In this document: piece by piece, positions 10,101 through 18,783 of the stretch
Layout of the letters: each line of letters begins with the position of its first letter
Position numbering within the stretch: position 1 is the stretch's first letter
NCBI GenBank assembly: GCA_040219255.1
Contig: JAVJSW010000042.1
Location: 64,001-128,000 of the forward strand
Reading direction: 5' to 3'
From: Sumerlaeia bacterium
GTDB taxonomy: Bacteria; Sumerlaeota; Sumerlaeia; SLMS01; JAHLLQ01
DNA length: 64,000 nt
Notes under the pieces: model-generated
The model's input: the letters and a program-made list of their open reading frames with translations, nothing else
Databases searched by the model: none
Told to the model about the DNA's origin: nothing
Translations under genes and position numbers: made by a program

Positions 10101-11434
10101 GCACCCCCGTCTACGGACCCATGGCACTGAACGCCGCGCTGGCCGAATGCCCGCTGGGGGCCTACCTGGTGGTGGCGCCCACCAGCGTCCGCCTCGCACC
10201 CGCCTTCTTCACCGGCCTCGCCACACTCGCCGCCGACGAGCCGGACTGCCCCGTCATCTACGCCGACTACGTCGTCCGCGATGCCAACGGCACGGAAACC
10301 GTAATGGAGCTGCAAGACCACCAGGGCTGCCCCCACGAGCGCTTCGAGTTCGGCCCCGTCATCGTCTACAAGAGTGCCGCCCTTCAGGGGCACGACGGAT
10401 TCGATGAAACCCTGAAGTACGCCTGGGAATACGACACGCACCTGAAGCTGATGCAGGAGGGCGAGTTCCGCCGTATCCCCCAAACCGCCTACACCCAGCA
10501 AATCCCCGCCGCCAAAGAAGGCGACGGGCGTCTTCACTCGCCGGGCCAAGGCCCCCTCGGCCACTTCTCCTACGTTTTCTATCCCGACGACGTGGAACGG
10601 GAAGTGACCACGGTCTTCGAGCGCGCCCTGAAAGAAATCGGCGCCTGGCTCGACATGCCGACCCACGAAGTGCCCGCCCCCGAGCAGACCCCGGAAGTCA
10701 CCGCCTCCGTCGTCATGCCCATCCTCAACCGCGAGAAATACGTCGGCGACGCCATTCAGACCGTGCTCGACGGCACCTACCAGGACTTCGAAATCCTGGT
10801 CGTGGATAACGGTTCGACGGACAATACCCGCGATGTGGTGCGCGAGTTCGAAAAGAAGGACAGCCGCGTCAAATTGCTCGAACGCAACGGCAAATCTATC
10901 GCATCGGCGCTCAACGAAGGCATCAAAGCCGCCCGCGGCAAGTACATCTGCCAGCTCGACAGCGATGACCTTTATGTCTCCGATACCCTGGCAACCATGG
11001 TGAATCACCTGGAAGCGCATCCCAAATGCGGCCTCGCCGTCAGCTGGTATCGCCTCACCGATCCGAACGGCACGATTTTGGAAGACATTCCGATCGTAAC
11101 CCACTCGGGTTACACGCGAAACCAACTCCTTCGCCGCGACGGTGTGGGCGCCATGCGCGTCTTCCCGCGCACTGTGCTGGTCGAAATGGGCTACTTCGAC
11201 GAAAAGGACTTCGGCAATTACGGCGAAGACTACGACATGGCCCTCAAGGTTTCCGAAAAGTACGACGTTGACCGCGTCAAGCACGTGGCCTACCTGGTGC
11301 GCCGGCACCCGGACAACAGCGACAACACCCGCGGCGCCCGTCTGAAATACAACAACAAGAACCGCGCGCGCCAACGCGCCCTGCATCGCCGCATGCAGTT
11401 GGTCGCCCAGGCCGCGCAGCCCCAGGAGGCATGA
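7145..11434 (+). CDS. CapD/PglF/WbpM-type nucleotide-sugar 4,6-dehydratase fused to GT2 glycosyltransferase domain(s)
   Basis: Four TM helices; VVGAG; IEDLLGREPV; ITGAGGSIGSELCRQ; FHAAAHKHVP; STDKAV; MGATK; VRFGNVLGSRGSVIP; LRPGEKLEEEL; acidic linker; C-terminal SVVMP..N, VVDNGSTD, QLDSDD, GEDYD. Confidence 0.88.
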   Translation: MPPLISPPNSPLDRLPPVVHTRWFRIALLNLIDAALLAFCWILAYALRFAFDIPAEPLGQGDYLLQMKLALPAVLILHLAAFWAFGVYRGMMRYASLQEAARIAAACAAVWLALVAFSTFLPGFSRLGDLPLHPNGDEEVLGIPRSAITIYFFVSVLFIGGLRFSRRLFLEGRARFEDSALPTLVVGAGDLAENALRDVLRAETSSFRPVCAVATQKGRVGARLQGVLVEGTIDDVERLIGEKKVESVLIALDEDDPAVLRKVVRQCQNAKVTFRIIPSMRDIAAGRVQVSPLREVRIEDLLGREPVNLALPEERNVLRGEVVLITGAGGSIGSELCRQVARARPEGMVLVGKGENSIYEIALELSRKHPGLPIEPVVADVRDARRMAQIFEATAPTVVFHAAAHKHVPLMEGQPTEAVKNNVVGTSVMAFLAKEYAVKRFLLISTDKAVRPASIMGATKRVAEMIVFSLARQAQAEGLPTRYHAVRFGNVLGSRGSVIPLFKRQIAEGGPVTVTHPDVVRYFMTIPEAVSLVLQANSRDESGVLFLLDMGEPVRISDLAATLITLSGLREGQDIEIAYTGLRPGEKLEEELLTETEDAEATEITKVWLARPKSIPEWEDAKELLARLQNAADRGSAAEILAILNEVVPDFAANPDFDVDAEERIAESASAKSRAIQDLLYPAALTVELPEETGAKESVAETEDAPQSVQAAAAARSIDAPLELKSGEIDVTALRDEDQSAVSSDRVARLDDLERGQFDAPDFPDDEPVHPESLEEPTPQPGDRELLAENETIDEIEEYAPPALGQDTESSSRVPQDLLTDLSEEDGPGFETREFSRFDLHRLEDRPASGPPAEEVAEALAKAQPLDLSQAPPPPAPEEPAAGVPAPAAIEPPLPPMEPTMADFAAEDQTTKPPQQDIEMTESTPIHRPPCAIFARVDLDPTASLEDFLASLTGLLGPDDRVLIPHGQATAHAAALGDRLVNLPEGTPVYGPMALNAALAECPLGAYLVVAPTSVRLAPAFFTGLATLAADEPDCPVIYADYVVRDANGTETVMELQDHQGCPHERFEFGPVIVYKSAALQGHDGFDETLKYAWEYDTHLKLMQEGEFRRIPQTAYTQQIPAAKEGDGRLHSPGQGPLGHFSYVFYPDDVEREVTTVFERALKEIGAWLDMPTHEVPAPEQTPEVTASVVMPILNREKYVGDAIQTVLDGTYQDFEILVVDNGSTDNTRDVVREFEKKDSRVKLLERNGKSIASALNEGIKAARGKYICQLDSDDLYVSDTLATMVNHLEAHPKCGLAVSWYRLTDPNGTILEDIPIVTHSGYTRNQLLRRDGVGAMRVFPRTVLVEMGYFDEKDFGNYGEDYDMALKVSEKYDVDRVKHVAYLVRRHPDNSDNTRGARLKYNNKNRARQRALHRRMQLVAQAAQPQEA

Positions 11435-12741
11435 TGAAACGACAACGGGTTGGGCTTGGTATGATCGTGGCGGTGCTGGCTCTCATGGCTGGCGCCTGCG
11501 ACAAAGGGGAGGACAGCTTGGCCGATGTGCCCACCATGGAGGTGCAACCCGCCCCGTTTCAAGTCGCCGTCGAAGAAATGGGCGTCATCGAAGCCACCCG
11601 CGTGGTTCCCGTTCTGGCGCCCTTTCGCTCCAAAATCCTCCGCCTCTCCCCCACCGGCCAGATGGTCGAACAGGGCGAAGCGGTTGGCCAACTCTCCAGC
11701 GAGCAGGAAGTCGAAAACCTCCAGGACCGCCTCAACGATCTCAAGACCATCGCCACCGATCTTGGCGGCACGTTCGAGAGCCTGAAAATTTCCCTTCGCT
11801 CCTCGACCCTCGATCTCGATTCCCAGGAAGCGCAGCTCGCTTTCGAGAGAGCTATGTTCCTCGACGCGGCCCAGGAATGGGCCCGCACCGACGTGCTCCG
11901 CGAGCAGGGCATTTCGCCCGACGAGGACCTGCGCAACGCGGAATCGCGCGTGATCCGCCGGCGCCTCGACACCATGAATCAGGACCTGTCCTTCCAAAGC
12001 GAAATCCTTGGCAAGGACGTGGAGCAGAAGGGCAACCTGCTGAGCATCGAACGGCAGACGCTAAAGGCGGCCCGCGCCCGCGCTGAAATCGACAAAGCCC
12101 AGCGCGAGGTGGACGAAGCGACCCTGATCGCCCCCGCCACCGGAGTCTTCATGCGCAAGCGCCGCTGGGATTGGCGCCGCCGCATGAACGTGGAACCCAA
12201 CCCCGGCGAGGAAGTGCGCCGGGGACAGATGCTCGGCGAAATCCCCGACATGAGCACCCTGATCGTCAAGACCCAGGTCAGCGAACGCGATTGGCTCAAG
12301 GTTCGGGAAGGCATGGAAGCCCGCCTTCGTTTCGACGCCCTGAAGGGCAAAGAAATCGCCGGCACCGTGAGACAGGTCGGCCGGGTGGCCATCCCTCGCG
12401 AGCAAAGCGCCGGCGGCTCGCTCGAGGAAACGGACTCTGACTCGGGCCAAAAGGTCTTCGATCTGATCGTGGAATTCGATGGCACCAACGTGGATGGTCT
12501 GCGGCCAGGCCTCACCGCGCAGGTCCGCATCGTGACCTCGGAAACGCCGGGCCAGATCGCCGTCCCCCTCAGCGCCGTCGAGATGACCGACGACGGACCG
12601 GTCGTCTCCGTCAAGACCCTGCTGGGCCGCCTCGAACAACGCCCCGTCGAACTCGGCCCGAAAAACGCAACGTCGGTCGTCGTGACCTCTGGGTTGACCC
12701 CCGGAGACCGGGTGGTGACAGATCGCCAAGCGTTGAAATAA
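11431..12741 (+). CDS. Periplasmic adaptor subunit (MacA/HlyD-like membrane fusion lipoprotein)
   Basis: LMAGAC lipobox; lipoyl half-motifs (GQMVEQGE, LIAPATG); coiled coil; LRPGLTA; VVTSGLTPGDRVV. Confidence 0.85.
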   Translation: MMKRQRVGLGMIVAVLALMAGACDKGEDSLADVPTMEVQPAPFQVAVEEMGVIEATRVVPVLAPFRSKILRLSPTGQMVEQGEAVGQLSSEQEVENLQDRLNDLKTIATDLGGTFESLKISLRSSTLDLDSQEAQLAFERAMFLDAAQEWARTDVLREQGISPDEDLRNAESRVIRRRLDTMNQDLSFQSEILGKDVEQKGNLLSIERQTLKAARARAEIDKAQREVDEATLIAPATGVFMRKRRWDWRRRMNVEPNPGEEVRRGQMLGEIPDMSTLIVKTQVSERDWLKVREGMEARLRFDALKGKEIAGTVRQVGRVAIPREQSAGGSLEETDSDSGQKVFDLIVEFDGTNVDGLRPGLTAQVRIVTSETPGQIAVPLSAVEMTDDGPVVSVKTLLGRLEQRPVELGPKNATSVVVTSGLTPGDRVVTDRQALK

Positions 12742-12835
12742 CGCGATTTCGCGCCGGGCCTAGCGCCTCTGCGCGAGCGAGTCTCAGCGACCCACGATCC
12801 CCCAACCGCGTCCAAAAAGGACACAACTGCGAGGC

Positions 12836-13528
12836 ATGACCAGACCAATGGCCGACGGAAACACGCCCTCTTCCCTCAACCCCAAATCCCCGATTTTCCC
12901 CACCGCCGGGCCGGCCGGCAGGCCCCTGGCGGGCCTGCGCCGCCGCAAACAGTACCGCCTGCGCCGCCGCAACTACTTCGGCGCCGGGGAACTGATGCCC
13001 GATCCCGTGCCGGCTGACGAAAGCGGCACCCGCCAGGAGGTCGAGCGGCTGAGTCGCGAGGTGGCGGACCTGCGTGAAGCCCTCCGCACCTCGGAGGAAG
13101 CCTCCCTGCGAGCCCGCGCCGACCTGGAAAACCAGCGCCGCCGCCACATGAAGGAGAAAGACGACCTGCGCAAGACCGCCACCGAGGGCCTGATGAGCGA
13201 CCTGCTCCAGCCCATGGACCACTTCGGTCTCGCCATGATGTCGCTGACTTCCGCAACGGACGTGGACTCGATCAAGCAAGGCGTGGAAATGATCCACCGC
13301 GAGTTGATCGGCGTCCTCGAAGCGAACGGCCTGAAGGAAGTGAAGCCCAACGGCCAGCCCTTCGACCCGAACCTGCACGAAGCCGCCGCTCTCGAGTCCG
13401 ACCCCGCCCAACCGGACGGCATCGTGCTCGCCACGCTGCGTTCCGGATGGGTGCTCCGGGGCAAGGTCCTGCGCCCCGCCATGGTGAAGGTCAACAAGGC
13501 GGAAGCGGCTTCGAAATCCGAAGGATGA
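12836..13528 (+). CDS. grpE: Nucleotide exchange factor GrpE (start uncertain: 12836, 12848 or 12995)
   Basis: LRARADLENQRRR, GQPFDPNLHEA, GWVLRGKVLRPAMVKV. Confidence 0.92.
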   Translation: MTRPMADGNTPSSLNPKSPIFPTAGPAGRPLAGLRRRKQYRLRRRNYFGAGELMPDPVPADESGTRQEVERLSREVADLREALRTSEEASLRARADLENQRRRHMKEKDDLRKTATEGLMSDLLQPMDHFGLAMMSLTSATDVDSIKQGVEMIHRELIGVLEANGLKEVKPNGQPFDPNLHEAAALESDPAQPDGIVLATLRSGWVLRGKVLRPAMVKVNKAEAASKSEG

Positions 13529-14499
13529 AACGTGCTCAAGTCGCCCATTCAAACCCTCTCGAAATGGTTCCAAGGTTCCGATTCGTCGTCCTCCTAACCG
13601 CCATCGCCGCCCTCGCGGCGAATGTGGCGAACGCGGCGGAAACGTATCGGTGGCCGGAGCTTCAGTGGTTTGGATTGGACAAGGATCTCCCAACGAGCGT
13701 GGCCCTGAGCCAGCGCCTGGAACGCGGTGAGGCGATTCAGGTCCTGGCCATGCCCGGCCCACGCCAGTTGCTCGATCCGGACAGCGTTCGCGCGTCCTGG
13801 GCGGGAAAGCCCCTCACGTGCTATCTTTACTATACAACTCCGGAATTGGGCCTGATTCTGGTCGAATCGCCCGTCACCACGGGAACTCACACGTTGCGCG
13901 TGCACGCGGGTCTGGTCGACAGCGATCGGGGCGCGATGCTGACCAGTGAAGCGGAATTGACGACGCGAACAGCGACCCGGGCGAACGGGACGGTGCTCAA
14001 AGCCAAGCTGCCCGGGGGCGCACCGGCGCCGTACCCACGGATCTTTGGTCAGCAACGGCGCGATCTCTTTGGGGTGGGCGATGAGAGGGGCCAGGTGCTT
14101 CTTGATGCGCCCACACGCACCACACCCAATCCACACCACATCTGGGCCGAGGGGGCATGGGCGCTGCCTTTCGATCCCCGCACCTCCACGGTGCTTGAAC
14201 TGGAGCCACTTCCCTCCTTACGTCATCCCTACCTGTATCAGACTGTCACGATTCGAAGCAACGAGGGCGAGCCAGTGCCTATAGCGCTGATCTGGCAGAA
14301 TCGCACACTTTGGACCGTCTATCGTGGGGAGGAATCCGATGAGTCGAAACAGGCGGCGCCCAATTCGGTGCTCCTTCCTGACACACAACCAGGGTCCCTG
14401 GTGGTCCTTGCTCCGGGATTCAAGCCTGAAGAAGTGCAAGTTCCCCCCTCGCTTCACGAAATTGAAGTGACCCTCCAGCGACGAGAGTCGCTCCCTTAG
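13525..14499 (+). CDS. Hypothetical exported protein
   Basis: Signal peptide (FVVLLTAIAALAANVANA); ATGA overlap with grpE; carboxypeptidase-regulatory-like C-terminus (VLAPGFKPEEV). Confidence 0.55.
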   Translation: MKRAQVAHSNPLEMVPRFRFVVLLTAIAALAANVANAAETYRWPELQWFGLDKDLPTSVALSQRLERGEAIQVLAMPGPRQLLDPDSVRASWAGKPLTCYLYYTTPELGLILVESPVTTGTHTLRVHAGLVDSDRGAMLTSEAELTTRTATRANGTVLKAKLPGGAPAPYPRIFGQQRRDLFGVGDERGQVLLDAPTRTTPNPHHIWAEGAWALPFDPRTSTVLELEPLPSLRHPYLYQTVTIRSNEGEPVPIALIWQNRTLWTVYRGEESDESKQAAPNSVLLPDTQPGSLVVLAPGFKPEEVQVPPSLHEIEVTLQRRESLP

Positions 14500-14753
14500 C
14501 CCTTGCGGTGCAGCGCCTTCGCCCGCTCCAGCACTTCGTCGGCGTCCCGCATGCGGGATTCGGCGAAGGCGATCCCGGCCTTCAGCAGTTCCTTGCGGCT
14601 TGCCACCAGGTGCTCCGTCACGCCGACCGGCATGCGCTTGAGGACGCGGTCCCGCAGGCGGCTGGTGAAATTCGTGACGCAGCAATCGTCCTGGTCCTCA
14701 TAGTACGTCTGGAACGGCTGATCTTGCGCGGCGGTGGGAGTTTCGGTGCTCAT
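14496..14753 (-). CDS. Small hypothetical helical protein (85 aa)
   Basis: MSTETP...EHLVASRKELLKAG; AAGGA upstream on the - strand; typical high-GC codons. Confidence 0.65.
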   Translation of the reverse strand: MSTETPTAAQDQPFQTYYEDQDDCCVTNFTSRLRDRVLKRMPVGVTEHLVASRKELLKAGIAFAESRMRDADEVLERAKALHRKG

Positions 14754-14930
14754 GGGGTGGGTCCTTCGAAGGAAATGGCCACCGAGGGGCGGCTCGCCGG
14801 CAATGATAGCACCCCCGATGCCAAAGTGGCGTCGCCGCAAATTCATTGACCGAGCCCCCGGCAAGTCGCGAGGTTTGCCGCGCCCAACACGGTTTTTCCG
14901 AGCAAAGGTTCCTTTCGCCTCCCCCCCACC

Positions 14931-15635
14931 ATGGACGTTCCCGACTTCGGTCTCCTCCTTCTCCTCTTTCCGATTTTCCTGTTTGCCCTGACGATCCACG
15001 AGATCGCCCATGCCCTGACCGCCAATTGGGGAGGCGACCTGACAGCGACCTATCAGAACCGTTTGTCGCTCAATCCCATCGTCCACATCGACCCCATCGG
15101 TACGATCCTGATTCCAATTTTCGCCTCCATCTCGGGCGTTCCGATGTTCGGGTGGGCGCGGCCTGTGCCGGTGGACGAGGAACGATTCAAGGACAAAGCC
15201 TGGAACGTGGTGGTCTCCATGGCGGGGCCCTTCTCGAACATCCTGCTGGTCGTCTTCGGCGCCCTTTTCGCCGAGTTCGTTTACCGCATCATCGCCGTGG
15301 GCGTTTTCCAGGGATGGTGGGATTTCCCCTACGAATTCCTGCGCGTTTTCACGGCGTTCGTGGGCTACTACATTCTGATCAACTGGGTGTTGGCTTTTTT
15401 CAACATGCTGCCGGTGCCGCCGCTCGATGGCTCCCACGTCCTCTACCACTTCGCCATTCGCGGCCGCGCTCACCTCTACCCGATGTGGGACACCTATCGG
15501 CGGTTTGGAATTCTGGTGCTCTGGATTTTCTTCCTCAGCGGCCTGGGGGAGTACCTTATGCTTCCGCCGTACCTGCTGTTCGAGTGGACCTTTGACCGCC
15601 TGACCCTATCCCAACCCTTCGCCATCGCCTTTTAA
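14931..15635 (+). CDS. Site-2 protease (peptidase M50)
   Basis: TIHEIAH, GDLTA...RLSLNP, AGPFSN, FNMLPVPPLDGSH. Confidence 0.93.
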   Translation: MDVPDFGLLLLLFPIFLFALTIHEIAHALTANWGGDLTATYQNRLSLNPIVHIDPIGTILIPIFASISGVPMFGWARPVPVDEERFKDKAWNVVVSMAGPFSNILLVVFGALFAEFVYRIIAVGVFQGWWDFPYEFLRVFTAFVGYYILINWVLAFFNMLPVPPLDGSHVLYHFAIRGRAHLYPMWDTYRRFGILVLWIFFLSGLGEYLMLPPYLLFEWTFDRLTLSQPFAIAF

Positions 15636-15647
15636 GCCGTACACGCC

Positions 15648-16739
15648 ATGCTAGCCGTCGTCATCGTCACCGTCGTATCCGCCATCATCAGTTTCCTGTG
15701 CAGCCTGATGGAAGCGGCCCTTTACAGCATCCCGCCGAGCCGGATCGAGGAGATGCGCAGCCAAGGCCGCGCCGCTGGAATCCGCCTGAGCAAACTGCGC
15801 GAGAACGTGGATGAGCCCATCTCCGCCATCCTGACCCTCAACACCGTGGCGAACTCGCTTGGGGCGACGCTGGCGGGGTCCCTCGTCGGCAAGATCTACG
15901 GCAATCTCTCCGCGGGCCTCTACGGAGTGCTCTTCACTCTCATCGTCCTGTTCTTCAGCGAAATCATTCCCAAGACCCTCGGCGTGACCTACTCGCAGCA
16001 GGTCGCCCCCATGATGTCCGGTCCGCTGGTTTTTCTGATCCGCGCGCTGTACCCGTTCGTCTGGCTCTGCCGGTTTGTGACGAAGTCGATCCGCAAACGC
16101 GCCGCCGCCGGGGGGGATGCGCCGAGCGAGCGGGAAATCCAGGCCCTCGCCGAGATGGGGGCCAAGGCTGGAACGATCTACGAAGACGAAGCCCGCTGGG
16201 CCACCAACGCCTTACGCCTGGATCAGATCACCGCCCGCGATATCATGACGCCGCGGACCGTGGTGTATATGCTGCCGGCCGATCTGCCGCTGAACCAGGT
16301 GGGCGCCCACAGCGAACACTGGACCTTCAGCCGCCTCCCCTTGGTCAAGGACGACAACCCGGACAACGTGGTGGGCATCGTGCACCGGCGCGATGTCTTC
16401 GACAAACTGGCTCTGGCGCCCAAGAAGAGTCTGGAGACGACAACGCTGAACGACCTCGCGCAGCCGGCCCGCTTCGTTCCCGATTCGATCCGGGGCCACG
16501 AACTTCTGCGCAACTTCCTCAAGGAGCGCCAGCACCTGCTGATCGTTTCGAACGAATACGGCGGCATGGAGGGCGTTGTGAGCCTGGAGGACGTGCTGGA
16601 ATTCATCCTGGGCGAGGAAATCGTCGACGCGCACGATCAGTATGAGGACATGCAGGAGTTGGCACGGGCGCAGGCGCGGCAGCGGCTGCGCGCGGTGCGC
16701 GAAAAAGCGCACAGTCCGCAGTCCAAGAAAGAGGCGTAA
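15648..16739 (+). CDS. CNNM (DUF21)-CBS hemolysin-family membrane protein
   Basis: FLCSLMEAAL, ILTLNTVAN, FSEIIPK, IMTPR, FSRLP, NEYGGMEGVVSLEDVLE. Confidence 0.92.
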   Translation: MLAVVIVTVVSAIISFLCSLMEAALYSIPPSRIEEMRSQGRAAGIRLSKLRENVDEPISAILTLNTVANSLGATLAGSLVGKIYGNLSAGLYGVLFTLIVLFFSEIIPKTLGVTYSQQVAPMMSGPLVFLIRALYPFVWLCRFVTKSIRKRAAAGGDAPSEREIQALAEMGAKAGTIYEDEARWATNALRLDQITARDIMTPRTVVYMLPADLPLNQVGAHSEHWTFSRLPLVKDDNPDNVVGIVHRRDVFDKLALAPKKSLETTTLNDLAQPARFVPDSIRGHELLRNFLKERQHLLIVSNEYGGMEGVVSLEDVLEFILGEEIVDAHDQYEDMQELARAQARQRLRAVREKAHSPQSKKEA

Positions 16740-16954
16740 TGCGCCGTTTGCAGGGCCTCGCCTCGGGAATTTCCCCATGTTCACGAAGGTTTTCCGAAGA
16801 GTGGCCAGAAAAGCCCCATTTTTCAACGTTTTCCCGAACTTTTAGCTTTACGACGGACCGCCCGCCGCTCAATCACCCCTCGTAGCCAAAACAGCGGGCC
16901 ATTCGATCCGGCCCCAGTGACCAACCCACTTTTTTCGCAAAGGGCTCTTCTCCC

Positions 16955-17233
16955 ATGACCAAAGCCGAACTCATTGAGAACGTTCACTCCAGCCTGGAAG
17001 CCCAGGTCAGCAAGACCGCCGTCGGTGAAGTTTACGACAAAATTTTCGAAACCATCACGGAGGCCCTCCTGAAGGAGAGCCGTTTCGCCGTCCATGGCTT
17101 CGGCACCTTCGAGGTCCGCGAGCGCAAAGAGCGTCAGGGCCGTAACCCCAAGACCAAAGAAGCCATCACGATCCCCGCTCAGAAGAGCGTCGGGTTCAAG
17201 CCGGCTTCTTCTCTCAAGACCCGCGTGAACTAA
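16955..17233 (+). CDS. hup: Histone-like DNA-binding protein HU
   Basis: MTKAELI...GFGTF...GRNPKT...IPAQKSVGFKP. Confidence 0.95.
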   Translation: MTKAELIENVHSSLEAQVSKTAVGEVYDKIFETITEALLKESRFAVHGFGTFEVRERKERQGRNPKTKEAITIPAQKSVGFKPASSLKTRVN

Positions 17234-17291
17234 TCTCTCACCGCTTTTCTTCTCACCTTTCCCCTTCTCCTTCCCCTCAGCCTCGGGGCCC

Positions 17292-18773
17292 ATGTTTTCT
17301 ACTCTTCCGACAACATGGTGGCGCCAGGAATTTCCCCGGCGCCTCGTTTTCTTTGCACGACTTCCCGATGCTCCCTTCCGAGCGTGCCGGGCTGCCGCGG
17401 TGGCCTTCTCCGCGCTCTTTCTACTTCTGGGCTGTGGCGATCCCGGCGAGGAACCCTCCGGTTCCCGCGCAGGCGCCACCGCCCCTTCGAATTCGGACCC
17501 GGCCGCCGGGAATCTTGATCGTCTCGATCGCCCCTCCGACCTCCGGTCACGCTTTCTGCAAGAACTCGGGGCCATGGAAGAGGATGGCCAACCCTCCTCC
17601 GCCTTCGCCTATTACGCCCAGACCAAATCCTTCCTCCCGCCGCGCGAACTCGACGCCTTGATGACCGATTCGGTCGCCGCGGCCGCGTCCGGCTGGGACT
17701 CCGTCTCGTCGCCCACCGAACTGGCCGATGTGATCGAAGCCCATCGCGGATCGCTGGAACTCCTGCGTCAGGGGGCCAAAGCCACGGAAGTTATCCTGCC
17801 TGCGGAGTCCGCCGGCAATCCCGCCATTTCCGCGTTTCTGAACGCGCAGGTGCAGGAACTGCTGCCACTTGGCGCGCTCCTGATCGCGGACGCCGCGCGC
17901 AAAGCCTCGGAAGGCGATCCGGAAGGCGCCCGCCAGGACGCCTGGGCTGCGTTGGAAATCGGCGACGACCTGCAAATCCCGGGGGCGCCATTGCCGCTGG
18001 CGATGGCGGGCACTTCGCTGGAGAGCTACGGTCTGGACCTGCTGCTGCGCCTGGGGGCCGGGCGCGAAGAGTTGGAAGCGCGCCTGCGATCGGACCGCGA
18101 TCCGGCCCAGGCCTGGACCCATAGCCTGCCGATGATGTCGCTCGCGGTGGGTTTTCTGACCCAACTGCCGGCTCAATTTCCCGCCGGGGACGAGGCTCGT
18201 TTCCGGCAAGCCCTTTCGGACCTGGAAGCGCAATTCGGCGGGGGCCGATTCGCCCAGATGAGCCGCGAAGAATTCGACCAGGCGCTCCGTCCCACCAACC
18301 TGAAGCCCGCCATCGAACGGGTGCGCTCCGCCGCCGAAGCCGTTGCCGCGGCCCGCGCCGAAAACGGGACAAACAGCCCGGAAGCGCAAGTCGCGCTGAC
18401 GTCCTACAAGGACACCTTGACCTCGGCCATCGAGACCAATCCGTTCGTCATGGTGGTGGCCCCTCCGCGGCTCGAGCCGATTCTGGTGCTCGCCGGCCTT
18501 GTGCGTGCCAAGCTTCTCATGGCGACTCTCGCCGCGACGATTCAGGAGCGGGGCGAGCCTTGGGATGGCGATTTGGCAACCCTGGATGTGGACCCGTCCT
18601 GGCTCATCGATCCGATCACAAACCGTCCGTTTGTGGCGGAACGGATCGAGTCGGGCGATTGGGTCCTGTTTGGCCTCTCGGCGGAGGACTTGGCCGCCCG
18701 GGGCCTCTTGCCGGAAACGATCCGCAATTATCTGCCGCTGGGCCGCATGGCGATCCACGTTTCCGCGCCATAG
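17292..18773 (+). CDS. Hypothetical helical lipoprotein
   Basis: LFLLLGC lipobox; Ala/Leu-rich helices; C-terminal L..L.P..IDP..F motif; start uncertain. Confidence 0.55.
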   Translation: MFSTLPTTWWRQEFPRRLVFFARLPDAPFRACRAAAVAFSALFLLLGCGDPGEEPSGSRAGATAPSNSDPAAGNLDRLDRPSDLRSRFLQELGAMEEDGQPSSAFAYYAQTKSFLPPRELDALMTDSVAAAASGWDSVSSPTELADVIEAHRGSLELLRQGAKATEVILPAESAGNPAISAFLNAQVQELLPLGALLIADAARKASEGDPEGARQDAWAALEIGDDLQIPGAPLPLAMAGTSLESYGLDLLLRLGAGREELEARLRSDRDPAQAWTHSLPMMSLAVGFLTQLPAQFPAGDEARFRQALSDLEAQFGGGRFAQMSREEFDQALRPTNLKPAIERVRSAAEAVAAARAENGTNSPEAQVALTSYKDTLTSAIETNPFVMVVAPPRLEPILVLAGLVRAKLLMATLAATIQERGEPWDGDLATLDVDPSWLIDPITNRPFVAERIESGDWVLFGLSAEDLAARGLLPETIRNYLPLGRMAIHVSAP

Positions 18774-18783
18774 CTTCGCCTTC

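Noticed and set aside
17234-17290. Pyrimidine-rich tract after hup
   Set aside because: No stem-loop; it could be a Rho-loading site but the sequence alone cannot support that
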